The notes under the pieces: model-generated
What the model was told of the DNA's origin: nothing
Databases searched by the model: none
What the model saw: the letters and a program-made list of their open reading frames with translations, nothing else
Source: Thiohalospira sp.
Lineage (GTDB): Bacteria > Bacteroidota > Bacteroidia > Bacteroidales > UBA12077
NCBI GenBank assembly: GCA_046538755.1
Contig: JBKHIH010000008.1
Coordinates: 15,115 to 79,114 of the forward strand
DNA length: 64,000 nt
Direction: 5' to 3'
Part shown: positions 48,977 through 59,258 of the stretch, in pieces
Numbering within the stretch: the first letter of the stretch is position 1
Layout of the letters: each line of letters begins with the position of its first letter
Program-made: the position numbers and the translations under genes

Positions 48977-50965
48977 TTAGTTACTTAATACTTTAATCTC
49001 TGTGCGCCTGTTATTAGCCCTTCCCTCTTCAGTATCATTGGTATCGACAGGTTGTTCTTCGCCATAACCTTTGTAAGTAAGCCTATCGCCCGAAATACCT
49101 TTTGAAGTTAAATAGTTTACAACAGATTTTGCTCTCTTTTCTGATAACTCTAAATTATAGGCATTGGTTCCCACATTATCTGTATGCCCTGAAATTTCGA
49201 TTTTTAGCGCCGGATTATTTTCTAAAAATTTAGTTAATTTATCGAGTTCAGCTATCGATTTATCCATCAGTTCATAAGAATCAGTTGCATAAAATATGTT
49301 GCGTAAAATAATTTTTTCGCCCGGTTTAATAGGGTTCAGTGCAATATCTTTAATAAACGGGTCGGTAATTTCAAAAATACCTTTTAAAGAAAAGTTATCC
49401 GAATAAAAGAGGTATCCCTCTTTAGAAACATTTAATGCATAATCGTTATCGGTAGGAATACATACTAAAAACTCACCGGTTACTTTATCCGATTTTGCTT
49501 CCATAACTATTTCATTCTTATCCAGGTTGATTAACTCAAACTGAGCTTCAAGTTTTGCGTCAGAGTCTGCATCAAACACAATACCTTTGAAATATGAAAC
49601 CGGATTTGGCCGAATCTCATCGTACAATTTAAATTCAAAAAGGTCTCTTCCTCTGTTGCTTAAACGGTCAGATGCAAAAAACGCCCTGTCGCCTGCAGCA
49701 TTTACAATTAAACCTACTTCGTGATAAACTGTATTAATTGGGTAACCCAAATTTACAGGATCAGACCAGCTACCGTCTTCATTTTTTGTAGTTTTAAACA
49801 GGTCGAATCCTCCCATTCCGATTAACCCTTCAGAAGAAAAGTATAATGTTTTGTTATCGTGATGAATAAATGGCGACTGTTCTTCACCTGGCGTATTTAT
49901 TTTTCTACCTAAATTTTCAGGTTTTGACCATCTCCCGTCGGGCAGGCGTTCACTTTTCCAAATATCTTTTTGTCCTACTCCATCGGGACGGTTACTTATA
50001 AAATATAATGTTTTCCCATCGGGCGAAATAGATGGTTGTGCTTCCCAGTGAGAAGTATTTACAGGAGCACCAATATTTACCGGAACAGACCATTCATTAC
50101 CGGTTTTTTCTGACATATAAATATCACATCTTCCTTTTCCGTCGGCACGGTTACAGGCAGTAAAATACATAGTCCGCCCATCGGCGGTAATGGTTTGAGC
50201 GCCTTCGTTTCCTGCTGTATTAATTTTTTTACCTGCATTTACAGCTTTAGTCCATTGTCCATTATCTTTATAGCTAATATAAAAATCTTCCTGAACATTA
50301 CGCATTTCGGGAGGCAACTCCTGCCCGTTGTCAAGCCGTTTATCATCTTTAATATATTCATCTTCAGAATAATCTACTAAATCTTTGGGTATTAAACGGG
50401 TAAAAATTAACATTTGCTCGTCGGCAGTTAATGTAGGCCAGTACTCATCATAAGCTGTATTAATATTCTCGCCTAAATCAACAGGATTGAATGGTACCGG
50501 GTTGTTTACCGCTTTGATAGCAAACTTACATGATTTTAAAGCCCGCTCTGCTTGTGAACGTGAGATCGGTTTAATATCATTATATGAAAGATATTTCTCT
50601 AAATGTTTTTTCGCTGATTCAAAATCTTGTTCCATCATTTCCAACTGACCAAGCGAAAAATAAATGCCCGGAAAAAAGTCAGTATCAATAGCAATAGCAT
50701 TATGATATGATTCTATGGCCTTATTAATATTTCCATTATCCATATAAATTTCGGCAAGAACAATATGTGCTTCAATAAATTTTTTATCCTTATCAATAGC
50801 TTTTTTCATTAAATCGGCCGCATTTAAATAGTCCATACGCCCAAATGCATTTAAAGCTTCTTCATAAAATTGTATTGCCTTTTTATTTTTGGTAGTATAA
50901 TCATATTGAGCAAAAAGCATATGCGAAGAAAATACAAGTAATATTAATAAGACATATTTATTCAT
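48977..50965 (-). CDS. TPR + PD40/WD40-like + OmpA_C peptidoglycan-binding protein (PorE-like architecture)
   Basis: N-terminal TPRs, repeated N(L/I)G..(I/V)NT...E..P motifs, and GHTD...LSEKRA...GYGE...NRRTE. Confidence 0.9.
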   Translation of the reverse strand: MNKYVLLILLVFSSHMLFAQYDYTTKNKKAIQFYEEALNAFGRMDYLNAADLMKKAIDKDKKFIEAHIVLAEIYMDNGNINKAIESYHNAIAIDTDFFPGIYFSLGQLEMMEQDFESAKKHLEKYLSYNDIKPISRSQAERALKSCKFAIKAVNNPVPFNPVDLGENINTAYDEYWPTLTADEQMLIFTRLIPKDLVDYSEDEYIKDDKRLDNGQELPPEMRNVQEDFYISYKDNGQWTKAVNAGKKINTAGNEGAQTITADGRTMYFTACNRADGKGRCDIYMSEKTGNEWSVPVNIGAPVNTSHWEAQPSISPDGKTLYFISNRPDGVGQKDIWKSERLPDGRWSKPENLGRKINTPGEEQSPFIHHDNKTLYFSSEGLIGMGGFDLFKTTKNEDGSWSDPVNLGYPINTVYHEVGLIVNAAGDRAFFASDRLSNRGRDLFEFKLYDEIRPNPVSYFKGIVFDADSDAKLEAQFELINLDKNEIVMEAKSDKVTGEFLVCIPTDNDYALNVSKEGYLFYSDNFSLKGIFEITDPFIKDIALNPIKPGEKIILRNIFYATDSYELMDKSIAELDKLTKFLENNPALKIEISGHTDNVGTNAYNLELSEKRAKSVVNYLTSKGISGDRLTYKGYGEEQPVDTNDTEEGRANNRRTEIKVLSN

Positions 50966-51055
50966 AACTGAAATATTGAAAATTTAAAAATTGAAATTAC
51001 AAAAATTTAATGAATTAACCTGCATTATTCATAAAATTCATGAATATATATATAA

Positions 51056-51691
51056 TTACGGAATATGCATAAATTTATGAGCCTGAAGCGATACATTCCA
51101 TTTAGGATAGGTTTTAACATAATGAACAATTGCTGGGATATTTTGCTCATATCTGCTCCACTCCGATTGCAAAAATAACTTACAATCATTTTTTACTCTT
51201 ACTGCACATTCTTCAGCCCATTTAAAATCCTCATTATCGTAAATAATTATTTTTAATTCGTTAGCCATTTGGTAATATTCATCCAATGGCGGGCTTTGCC
51301 TTTTCGGCGATAAGCATACCCAATCCCAGGTTCCGGTTAAAGTTTTTGCACCTGCAGTTTCAATAAACGTATCAATTCCATGTTCTTTCAATCTTAATGT
51401 TAACGGTTCAAGGTTATATAAACTGGGTTCTCCGCCGGTAACTACAACAGCATTAGCCGGTGTTTTTAATGCTTGGGCAACAATAGTATCTACATGTACT
51501 AAAGGATGTAATTGCGGATTCCACGACATTTTTGAATCGCACCAGCGACAACCAATATCGCAACCACCAATACGAATAAAATAAGCTGCTTTTCCAGTGT
51601 GAAAACCTTCGCCCTGCAAACTATAAAACTCCTCAACTAAAGGCAATTCAAGGCCTTTAAGTGCTATCTTTTCATCAAAATCTTCCATCAT
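51056..51691 (-). CDS. queE: 7-carboxy-7-deazaguanine synthase (radical SAM)
   Basis: Motifs FYSLQGEG, CDIGCRWCD, TGGEP and SLQAHK. Start moved to ATG 51691 because the TTG at 51709 lies inside a TACCTTTG promoter box. Confidence 0.9.
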   Translation of the reverse strand: MMEDFDEKIALKGLELPLVEEFYSLQGEGFHTGKAAYFIRIGGCDIGCRWCDSKMSWNPQLHPLVHVDTIVAQALKTPANAVVVTGGEPSLYNLEPLTLRLKEHGIDTFIETAGAKTLTGTWDWVCLSPKRQSPPLDEYYQMANELKIIIYDNEDFKWAEECAVRVKNDCKLFLQSEWSRYEQNIPAIVHYVKTYPKWNVSLQAHKFMHIP

Positions 51692-51752
51692 CAAAATTTT
51701 ATGCTGCAAAGGTAAAAGATTATTTAATTATAAAATCATATCATTAAAATTA

Positions 51753-53078
51753 TTAAATATCTTTCAGCAACATAGAACCTTTAGCATTTTGTATGGCAAC
51801 ATCAAAATCGTTAAGCATTTTTTTAATCTGATCTTTTTCTGTTAAATCAGCAGCTAAAACCTTATCAACACCATGATGGTCTAAAGCGGTAAGCACATAA
51901 CTAACTGTTAATTTATGAATATCACGCGCAGGCTGATAGGCTTTTTCTTTATATTGTAGAGTAACAACTTCGGATAAGATTTTACTTTCAACCAAAATAA
52001 AAAGAATATCTCTAACCAGCCGTATAGGTATTTCAAGCTTTAGGCTAATTTCTTTGGCGGTCATTGGGTTATCTCCCTTTTCAAATTTCTTGATGATCAA
52101 CTGTGCCACCATTAATGTTAAAACCCGCCGGCTGAACAAACTAAGGTTTTGAGTGTCTGGTTCAAATTCGTATCGCTCAACATTTTGAACAGAAAATGAT
52201 ATTTCTGCTCCAAAAAGAATAATTAACCAGCTGGTTTGTAGCCAAATTAAAAATAAAGGAAGTGCAGCAAAGCTACCATATACTGCATTATTTCTTGAAA
52301 CACCAACCTGGAAATGAATATAAGCCCACTGTACAAAAACGAAAATGGTACCTGCAATTATGCCAGCAATAAACGCCGATTTAAAATTAACTTTGGTGTT
52401 GGGCATCACCATATAAATAATAGTAAGCACTAGCCAGAATAACACATATGGTATTAATTTAACAAGAAAAAAAATGATAGGGCTGATATAACCCAAAAAA
52501 ACAACTTCAGAGGTAATTTTTTCCAATTGCGTTGATATAAAAACATTTGAACTTGTTGAAAGGATAATTAGAATGGGAGCAATAAGCATCATCGAGAGAT
52601 AATCGCTAAATTTACGAAACCATACGCGTGAAGTTCGAACTTGCCATATAGCATTAAAAGAACTTTCAATATTACCAAGCACTTTCATTACTGCCCAGAA
52701 TAAAATTACAATTCCAATACCGGCAATTATTCCGCCTTTGGTATTATCTAAAAAATTTTGAGCAAATTTTATAATCCAGTCTAAAACTTCTTGCTGACCC
52801 GAAAAATTTTCGATAAGTTGTTTTTCAAGGTGTTTATCAAATCCAAACCCTTTGGCTATTCCAAAACCCATAGCAACAACCGGAACAACTGAAAGCATAG
52901 AAAAAAAAGTTAAAGCAGAAGCCCGCAGTCCTACATTATCTTCCTGGTAACCACGAAAAGCGAGTAATAGTACCCGTAAATACTTCACTAACAGAAGTTT
53001 ATACCTGGGCATATTTTTTAAAGGCAATCGCCAGATATCCTCTTTAATAAAATCGATAATCTTTTTCAAAATGTTCAT
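51753..53078 (-). CDS. YihY/BrkB family membrane protein with C-terminal winged-helix domain
   Basis: Motifs ASALTFFSMLS, IESSFNAIW, MPNTKV and YGSFAALPLFLIW...GAE. Confidence 0.92.
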   Translation of the reverse strand: MNILKKIIDFIKEDIWRLPLKNMPRYKLLLVKYLRVLLLAFRGYQEDNVGLRASALTFFSMLSVVPVVAMGFGIAKGFGFDKHLEKQLIENFSGQQEVLDWIIKFAQNFLDNTKGGIIAGIGIVILFWAVMKVLGNIESSFNAIWQVRTSRVWFRKFSDYLSMMLIAPILIILSTSSNVFISTQLEKITSEVVFLGYISPIIFFLVKLIPYVLFWLVLTIIYMVMPNTKVNFKSAFIAGIIAGTIFVFVQWAYIHFQVGVSRNNAVYGSFAALPLFLIWLQTSWLIILFGAEISFSVQNVERYEFEPDTQNLSLFSRRVLTLMVAQLIIKKFEKGDNPMTAKEISLKLEIPIRLVRDILFILVESKILSEVVTLQYKEKAYQPARDIHKLTVSYVLTALDHHGVDKVLAADLTEKDQIKKMLNDFDVAIQNAKGSMLLKDI

Positions 53079-53178
53079 ACTTATACATCTTTATTATAAT
53101 AAGAAGATAAATTTAAGAAATTATTATAACTAATACATATTCCTATTAAAAATCTTAATTTTACAATAAACATTATTA

Positions 53179-53916
53179 TTGATGGAACAATCTTTAAATG
53201 ATATCAATCACCGGATAAAACAATGTACGCTCTGTCGACTACATAAAACCAGGATAAATGCGGTTTGTGGAGAAGGCCCTGTTCCATCTAAAATAATGAT
53301 TATTGCCCAGGCTCCGGGCAGAACCGAAGATAAAGAAGGGAAAATGCTTATTGGCCCTTCTGGTAGGGTTTTTGATAAACTCATACATTCGGTAGATTTA
53401 AAAAGAGAAAATATTTATATTACAAACTTTTTAAAATGCTTTTTACCTAACTGCCGAAAACCACGACGAGATGAAATGTACATCTGTTACCAAAAATATT
53501 TGCAGAAAGAAATAGAACTGGTAAAGCCGGAAATAATTGTTACCCTGGGATATCATGTAACCAAATTTATCTTTTCACAAAACGGGCTTAAAGTTCCCAA
53601 CAAAATTGAATTTAGAACTATTTTTGGCCAACTATTCACAGCCAAAAACCGGAGAATTATTCCTTTGCGGCATCCGGCTACCGTAGTACATAATAGCACA
53701 AACCTGAAAAAACTAAGCGATGAATATGCAATATTAAAAACGCTTCAATCTAAGTGCATCTATTTTAACCAGTGTATAATCCCTAAAAAATATAAAAACG
53801 GACTAATCCCTAAAGACCTTCTGGATAAATTTTGTCATGGAAACTGGAGAAACTGTAATCGATTTAATGCTTACAGCAAGGGTTTACTACCGAATGAAAC
53901 TGTTCTGCCTGAGTAA
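53179..53916 (+). CDS. Uracil-DNA glycosylase family 4-like Fe-S protein with C-terminal Cys-rich extension
   Basis: Motifs CTLCRL, QAPGRTED, TNFLKC and HPA; four additional Cys in the tail. Confidence 0.85.
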   Translation: MMEQSLNDINHRIKQCTLCRLHKTRINAVCGEGPVPSKIMIIAQAPGRTEDKEGKMLIGPSGRVFDKLIHSVDLKRENIYITNFLKCFLPNCRKPRRDEMYICYQKYLQKEIELVKPEIIVTLGYHVTKFIFSQNGLKVPNKIEFRTIFGQLFTAKNRRIIPLRHPATVVHNSTNLKKLSDEYAILKTLQSKCIYFNQCIIPKKYKNGLIPKDLLDKFCHGNWRNCNRFNAYSKGLLPNETVLPE

Positions 53917-53919
53917 TTT

Positions 53920-55038
53920 TTACGCTACTTTCCTGTATCTCCATACCGCCAGGCTTAACATTAAAATTCCATAAATCAGCAAACTGAAAAACTCGTACGA
54001 AATATCCCAAAATCCTGACCCTTTGAGTAAAATCATACGGATTACTTTCATAAAGTAATAATATGGATTTATGATATTTACCTGTTGTGCCCACATAGGC
54101 ATACTTTCGGTGGGAGTAAATATGCCGCCCATAAGAATAAAAACCAGCATAAAAAAGAAGGAGATAAACATTACCTGCTGCTGTGTGGAAGAAATGGTTG
54201 AAATAAATAACCCAATGCCCAAAACAACCAGTAAATAAGCCAGTGTAAATCCGAATAATAACGGAATACTGCCAACCACAGGTAAGTCAAAAAATATTTT
54301 ACCAATAAGCAATCCAAAAGCCAGCTCGAATAAGGCTATAATCATAAAAGGCACTAATTTCCCAATAATAAATTCATGTTTTCTTATGGGTGTAACATTA
54401 ATTTGTTCAATGGTTCCAATCTCTTTTTCTCTTACAATATTCATGGCAGCAAGAAACATACTTACAATGGTAACCAGAATAACAAGAATCCCAGGTAACA
54501 TATACGTTTTATAATTCAGCTCCGGATTATACCAAAAAGAAGTATTTATTTCAATGGGCTCCATCTCTTTTATATGTGGCATTTGTGTTAAATCTACCAA
54601 TATATTTTTGTTAAAATCGTTGATTACAGATGTTGAATAACCATTGATTAAACTAGCTGCAGTTCCGTTAATTCCATCGATAAGAAGCTGTATTTTAGAA
54701 GAATTTTCACGTATTAAATCGCGTTCAAAACCATAAGGAATATGCAGGATAACATCGGCATTATTTTTCAATATTTCTGCTTCGGCTTCTTGAATAGAAA
54801 AAGAGTTACCAGTTATTTTATAGAATGCAGAGCCTTCAAATTTATTAATCAATTTTGAAGACATGGATGATAAATCTTTATCTACCACAAAAAGCTCAAT
54901 CGACTTCATTTCAAGCGTAGCAGCATGTACTAATATCACCAACTGAATAATTGGAACTCCAAAAATTAGTGGCAACATGGTTTTGTTCCTGAAAATCTGG
55001 ATAAACTCTTTTTGTAATATAAATTTTATCTTTCGCAT
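53920..55038 (-). CDS. ABC-2 transporter permease (YbhR-like)
   Basis: Motifs KEFIQIFR, WYNPEL and IVREKEIGTIEQINVTP. Start likely at MRKIK. Confidence 0.92.
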   Translation of the reverse strand: MRKIKFILQKEFIQIFRNKTMLPLIFGVPIIQLVILVHAATLEMKSIELFVVDKDLSSMSSKLINKFEGSAFYKITGNSFSIQEAEAEILKNNADVILHIPYGFERDLIRENSSKIQLLIDGINGTAASLINGYSTSVINDFNKNILVDLTQMPHIKEMEPIEINTSFWYNPELNYKTYMLPGILVILVTIVSMFLAAMNIVREKEIGTIEQINVTPIRKHEFIIGKLVPFMIIALFELAFGLLIGKIFFDLPVVGSIPLLFGFTLAYLLVVLGIGLFISTISSTQQQVMFISFFFMLVFILMGGIFTPTESMPMWAQQVNIINPYYYFMKVIRMILLKGSGFWDISYEFFSLLIYGILMLSLAVWRYRKVA

Positions 55039-55072
55039 TTTAAATTCCAAATTTCATATTTCAAATTTCAAA

Positions 55073-55152
55073 TTTACCTGCCGTAGGCATGGTTTAACTG
55101 CCGAAGGCATGGTTTACCTGCCGAAGGCATGGTTTACCTGCCGAAGGCATGG
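55073..55152. repeat. Four tandem 20-bp hairpin units TTTACCTGCCGAAGGCATGG embedded in TTTCAAA heptamers
   Basis: Units start at 55073, 55093, 55113 and 55133, with only two substitutions in total and no spacers. Confidence 0.92.
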
Positions 55153-55206
55153 TTTCAAATTCTTCAACTCCATATAAAATTTTTTAATTGTTCTTATCAG
55201 ACTATT

Positions 55207-56313
55207 TCATTCTAACCTGATTTTAAAATTCCGGATACTCAATCCCAGAAAAATCAATGTCATTGCAATCAGTATCAAAGTTTCTTTCCACACAAACAGA
55301 ATTCCCGAACCTTTAATCATGATATTTTTTATGATGATAATAAAATACTTTGACGGCATAATGGTACTCAGCCATTGCAGAATTTTTGGCATATTTTCAA
55401 TTGGAAAAATAAATCCCGACAACAACATGGTAGGCAACATTAATGCAAACATGGAAATAAACATGGCTACCATTTGACTGTTACTTACCGATGAAATTAA
55501 AATTCCCAAAGAAAGGGCCATAAAAATAAACAACAAAGTTTCGAGCAGTAATAACACCAGACTACCTTGCATGGGCATTTCAAAAACAATGTAACTCAGT
55601 GCAATAATAACAATAGCATTTAAAAAAGATAAACCGATGTATGGGATAACTTTTCCGATAACAATTGGCATAGGCCGTAAGGGCGATACAAGCAACACTT
55701 CCATAGTACCCATTTCCTTTTCGCGGGCAATGGAAATGGATGTCATCATAGCTGAAACAAGCATCAAAATGAGCGCCATGGTTCCCGGAACAAACATATA
55801 AACACCTTTCAATTCTTTGTTGTAAAGAATTTGAATTTCGGGTACAATTTCGTAAGGAAAGTCTTGCTCCATCAATTTATTTTTCATGTAACTCCTGATG
55901 ATTACTGCTGTATAATTTGCGACAATATTTGCTGTATTAGCATCCGAAGCGTCGGCAATAATTTGTACACCAGCTTTTCCTTCTTTTTCTAATTTGGTGG
56001 CAAAGTTTGGCTCGAAAATAACCACTTCGCGGACATCCCCTTCTTGAAAAACTTCTTTGATTTGCTCTTCACGCTGCAGGTTTGCATCCAGAATAAAAAA
56101 GCCCGAAGAAAGAATCTTATGCGTTATTTCCTGGGTAATATTATCTTTGGATTGATCGTAAACAGCAATTTTAACATCTTTAATTTCATAGGAAACTACA
56201 TACCCGAAAATTAAAATCTGAGCAACAGGCATACCAAATAAAATCAACATCGTTCGATAATCCCTGAAAATATGCCTGAATTCTTTCTTTACAAATCCTA
56301 AAAACCGACTCAT
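55207..56313 (-). CDS. ABC-2 transporter permease (YbhS-like)
   Basis: Motifs KEFRHIFRD, REKEMGTMEVLLVSP and LSGFIFPIENMP. Confidence 0.92.
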   Translation of the reverse strand: MSRFLGFVKKEFRHIFRDYRTMLILFGMPVAQILIFGYVVSYEIKDVKIAVYDQSKDNITQEITHKILSSGFFILDANLQREEQIKEVFQEGDVREVVIFEPNFATKLEKEGKAGVQIIADASDANTANIVANYTAVIIRSYMKNKLMEQDFPYEIVPEIQILYNKELKGVYMFVPGTMALILMLVSAMMTSISIAREKEMGTMEVLLVSPLRPMPIVIGKVIPYIGLSFLNAIVIIALSYIVFEMPMQGSLVLLLLETLLFIFMALSLGILISSVSNSQMVAMFISMFALMLPTMLLSGFIFPIENMPKILQWLSTIMPSKYFIIIIKNIMIKGSGILFVWKETLILIAMTLIFLGLSIRNFKIRLE

Positions 56314-56335
56314 AGTTTTTATTGTTGATTATAGT

Positions 56336-56480
56336 TTCTTACTTCTTACTTCTTACTTCTTACTTCTTATTTCTTACTTCTTATTTCTTATTTCTTACTT
56401 GTATCTTGTATCTTGTTTCTTGTTTCTTGTTTCTTGTTTCTTGTTTCTTGTATCCTGCCTTCGTCAGGCAAGCTTGTATC
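56336..56480. repeat. Compound heptamer microsatellite with an inserted 19-nt palindrome
   Basis: 9x TTCTTAY (56336-56398), 8x TTGTWTC (56399-56454), CTGCCTTCGTCAGGCAAGC, then TTGTATC. Confidence 0.92.
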
Positions 56481-56519
56481 TTGTTAATCGTTTAAAATAT
56501 AAGCAAGCCAGATTATCAA

Positions 56520-57251
56520 CTACCGTGCTATTTTCAAAAATACTTCATCCATATTTTTGGCTTTAAACTCTTTTTTCAAAGCAGTTGGTGCTCCTATTGC
56601 TTCAATTTTTCCGCGTTCCATAATACAAACCCTGTCGCAATATTCTGCTTCGTCCATATAATGAGTTGTAACAAACACTGTAATTCCGTTATGCGATGCT
56701 TCGTAAATCATTTCCCAGAAATCGCGTCGGGTAATCGGGTCTACACCGCCAGTTGGCTCATCTAAAAAAACAATTTTAGGTTCGTGAAAAATAGCCACCG
56801 AAAAAGCAATTTTTTGTTTCCATCCCAATGGCAACGATTTTATGGATTTATCTTTAATATCTTCCATTTTTAAACGTTTAAGCAACGAGGCTGTTTTTTC
56901 TCTGATATATTTTCCTGACATACCATAAATTCCGCCATAAAACCGGATATTTTCTTTCACCGTTAAATCTTCGTATAAAGAAAACTTCTGGCTCATATAT
57001 CCAATATTTCTCTTTACCTTATCCCGTTCTTTATAAACATTAAATCCGGCTACCATTACTTTTCCGGATGTGGGTAAAGATAATCCGGAAAGTATTTTTA
57101 AAGCTGTAGTTTTACCTGCCCCATTAGCTCCTAAAAAACCAAATATTTCTCCTTTTTTTACCGCAAAAGTCAGGTTGTCATTTGCAATAAAATCACCAAA
57201 CTTTTTTACCAGGTTTTCTACTTCAATAATATTTTCAGTATGCTTTACCAT
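56520..57251 (-). CDS. ABC transporter ATP-binding protein
   Basis: Walker A GANGAGKT, signature LPLGWKQ and LDEPTGG. Confidence 0.94.
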   Translation of the reverse strand: MVKHTENIIEVENLVKKFGDFIANDNLTFAVKKGEIFGFLGANGAGKTTALKILSGLSLPTSGKVMVAGFNVYKERDKVKRNIGYMSQKFSLYEDLTVKENIRFYGGIYGMSGKYIREKTASLLKRLKMEDIKDKSIKSLPLGWKQKIAFSVAIFHEPKIVFLDEPTGGVDPITRRDFWEMIYEASHNGITVFVTTHYMDEAEYCDRVCIMERGKIEAIGAPTALKKEFKAKNMDEVFLKIAR

Positions 57252-57325
57252 TATATCTTTTCTACCGAAATCTGAAAGACTTAAACAAATTCACTATTTT
57301 ACTATTTTACGATTTTACTAATTTA

Positions 57326-58237
57326 CTAATTCATCAATTCCATAAAACAATCTTCGATATTAGCAGATATTTCATGTATCTCAATATTTTGATGATTTTT
57401 TTTACTAAGATCCGATTCCAATTTATTTTCATCAATAGTATCATTTTTGGATGTTACATGTAAATACTCACCAAAAGGGTAAACCGTATCTATATAATCA
57501 ATCCGTTTTAAATCATGAATCAATTGATAAATATGATCAGATTTTATCGCCCATAATTTTCTTCCAAAATTTTGAATTATATTTTCTGGCTTATCAATTG
57601 TCATCATTTGTCCATTTTGCATTAAAGCCACTCTGTCGCAAAGGTTAGCTTCGTCCATGTAAGGTGTGGAAACCAAAATGGTAATTCCCTTTTCTTTTAA
57701 GCGAATAAGCATTTCCCAGAACTCTTTTCTTGAAACGGCATCTACACCGGTGGTTGGTTCATCAAGAATCAAAATATCCGGGCTATGAATTAATGCACAC
57801 GAAAGTGCCAGTTTTTGTTTCATTCCGCCCGATAATCTGCCTGCCAAACGGTTTTTAAAAGGCTCAATCTGAGTATAGATATCTTTAATTAAATCGTAAT
57901 TTTCTTCGATGGTTGTTCCAAAAATAGTTGCAAAAAAGTTCAGGTTCTCTTCTACTGACAAATCCTGGTACAGCGAAAACCGCTGTGGCATATAACCCAT
58001 ATTACAACGTATTTTTCTGTAGTCGTTCACTACATCTAGGCCAAAAATTTTCGCGGCTCCACCGGTTGGGTATATTAAGGTGGTAAGAATTCTGAAAATA
58101 CTTGTTTTCCCTGCTCCATCAGGGCCAATCAATCCAAAAAGCTCGCCTTTATGTACCGAAAAACTAACGTCTTTTACAGCATCTACCTTTTCGTAATTTT
58201 TTATCAGATTTTTAACTTCTAATGCAAAATCATTCAT
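57326..58237 (-). CDS. ABC transporter ATP-binding protein
   Basis: Motifs GPDGAGKT, LSGGMKQ and LDEPTTG. Confidence 0.94.
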   Translation of the reverse strand: MNDFALEVKNLIKNYEKVDAVKDVSFSVHKGELFGLIGPDGAGKTSIFRILTTLIYPTGGAAKIFGLDVVNDYRKIRCNMGYMPQRFSLYQDLSVEENLNFFATIFGTTIEENYDLIKDIYTQIEPFKNRLAGRLSGGMKQKLALSCALIHSPDILILDEPTTGVDAVSRKEFWEMLIRLKEKGITILVSTPYMDEANLCDRVALMQNGQMMTIDKPENIIQNFGRKLWAIKSDHIYQLIHDLKRIDYIDTVYPFGEYLHVTSKNDTIDENKLESDLSKKNHQNIEIHEISANIEDCFMELMN

Positions 58238-58288
58238 AATTATTATTCTTACTTACTCATAAAATATCATTTAAAATAATTGTTTTAA

Positions 58289-58357
58289 CCTGCCTACTGT
58301 CGCCTACCTTTTGGCAGGCAAGCCATGCCATTCGGCAGGCAAGCTGGTTACTGCCTA
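58289..58357. repeat. Two tandem ...GGCAGGCAAGC elements flanked by CTGCCTA heptamers
   Basis: CCTACCTTTTGGCAGGCAAGC (58303-58323) and CATGCCATTCGGCAGGCAAGC (58324-58344). Confidence 0.8.
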
Positions 58358-59236
58358 CTTAAATCTCACCTCCCCCGGCATACCAATTTTCATCGTTCCG
58401 TCATTTTTTACTCGTACTTTAACAGCATAAACCATATTTACACGCTCTTCTTTTGTTTGAATGATTTTGGGCGTAAACTCAGCCTGGTCTGATATCCAAA
58501 CGACTTCGCCTTCAAATTGCTGATTTGTTTTTTCATCTTTATCTACCAATACGGTAACTTTTTGTCCTATTTTAACTGAAGGCAATTGAGCTCCGCTGAC
58601 ATAGACCCGTAAATCAATTTCATCGAGCCGTGCAATTTTATATAATGCTTTTCCCATGGCAGCAATTTCGCTTTCTTCCACATATTTTTCCAAAACCGTT
58701 CCGTTTACCGGATTAATAATTTTAGCTTTATTTATTTGTTCAACAACCAATTCTATTTGGCGATCCATCACTTCCATTTCTTTATGAACAGCATTTATTT
58801 GTGTTTTGGTAGCCTGTATTTGTTTTAATAAAACATCATACTTTCCGTTGATATCATCTAATTTTTGTTTTGTAGCTGCCTGATCGTTATACAATTTTTC
58901 AATTCTGTTTTTTTCAGTTAACAAATTTTGCTTTTGTTCCTGCTGAACTTCAATTTGTGCTTTAACATTTTCCAATTTAGAAGCAACAGCTTGTTTTTGA
59001 GCCTTTAATTGTTCTTTCTGAATATGCAGAGTAGATGTATCAATCCATCCTACATGCTGGTTTTTATTTAATTTTTCGCCCTCTTCGATAGTAAATTCCA
59101 GCAGTTTGCCCTGACTTTCGGCACTAACAATAACTTCTCTTGCTTCAAAATTTCCATAAGCATCTGAACCATTATCATTGCCATTGCATGCTGCAAAAAA
59201 CAGCAGAATTAGTAACAAATATATTTTTGATTTCAT
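58355..59236 (-). CDS. HlyD/YbhG-family efflux periplasmic adaptor, lipoprotein
   Basis: Lipobox FFAAC; motifs YGNFEA, AEFTPKIIQT and KIGMPG. Start moved to MKSK because the upstream ATG lies in a repeat. Confidence 0.92.
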   Translation of the reverse strand: MKSKIYLLLILLFFAACNGNDNGSDAYGNFEAREVIVSAESQGKLLEFTIEEGEKLNKNQHVGWIDTSTLHIQKEQLKAQKQAVASKLENVKAQIEVQQEQKQNLLTEKNRIEKLYNDQAATKQKLDDINGKYDVLLKQIQATKTQINAVHKEMEVMDRQIELVVEQINKAKIINPVNGTVLEKYVEESEIAAMGKALYKIARLDEIDLRVYVSGAQLPSVKIGQKVTVLVDKDEKTNQQFEGEVVWISDQAEFTPKIIQTKEERVNMVYAVKVRVKNDGTMKIGMPGEVRFK

Positions 59237-59258
59237 AACTGATAATTTTATTTTTAAA

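Noticed and set aside
51692-51752. preQ1 riboswitch upstream of queE
   Set aside because: The short AT-rich spacer contains only a TACCTTTG promoter box; no preQ1-like stem or loop motif is visible.
55073-55152. Possible mini-CRISPR array
   Set aside because: The 20-bp units are contiguous with no unique spacers, and there are no cas genes in the window.
54977-55177. 66-aa ORF containing CRRHG repeats
   Set aside because: It is a translation of the 20-bp tandem repeat and is antisense to the permease start.
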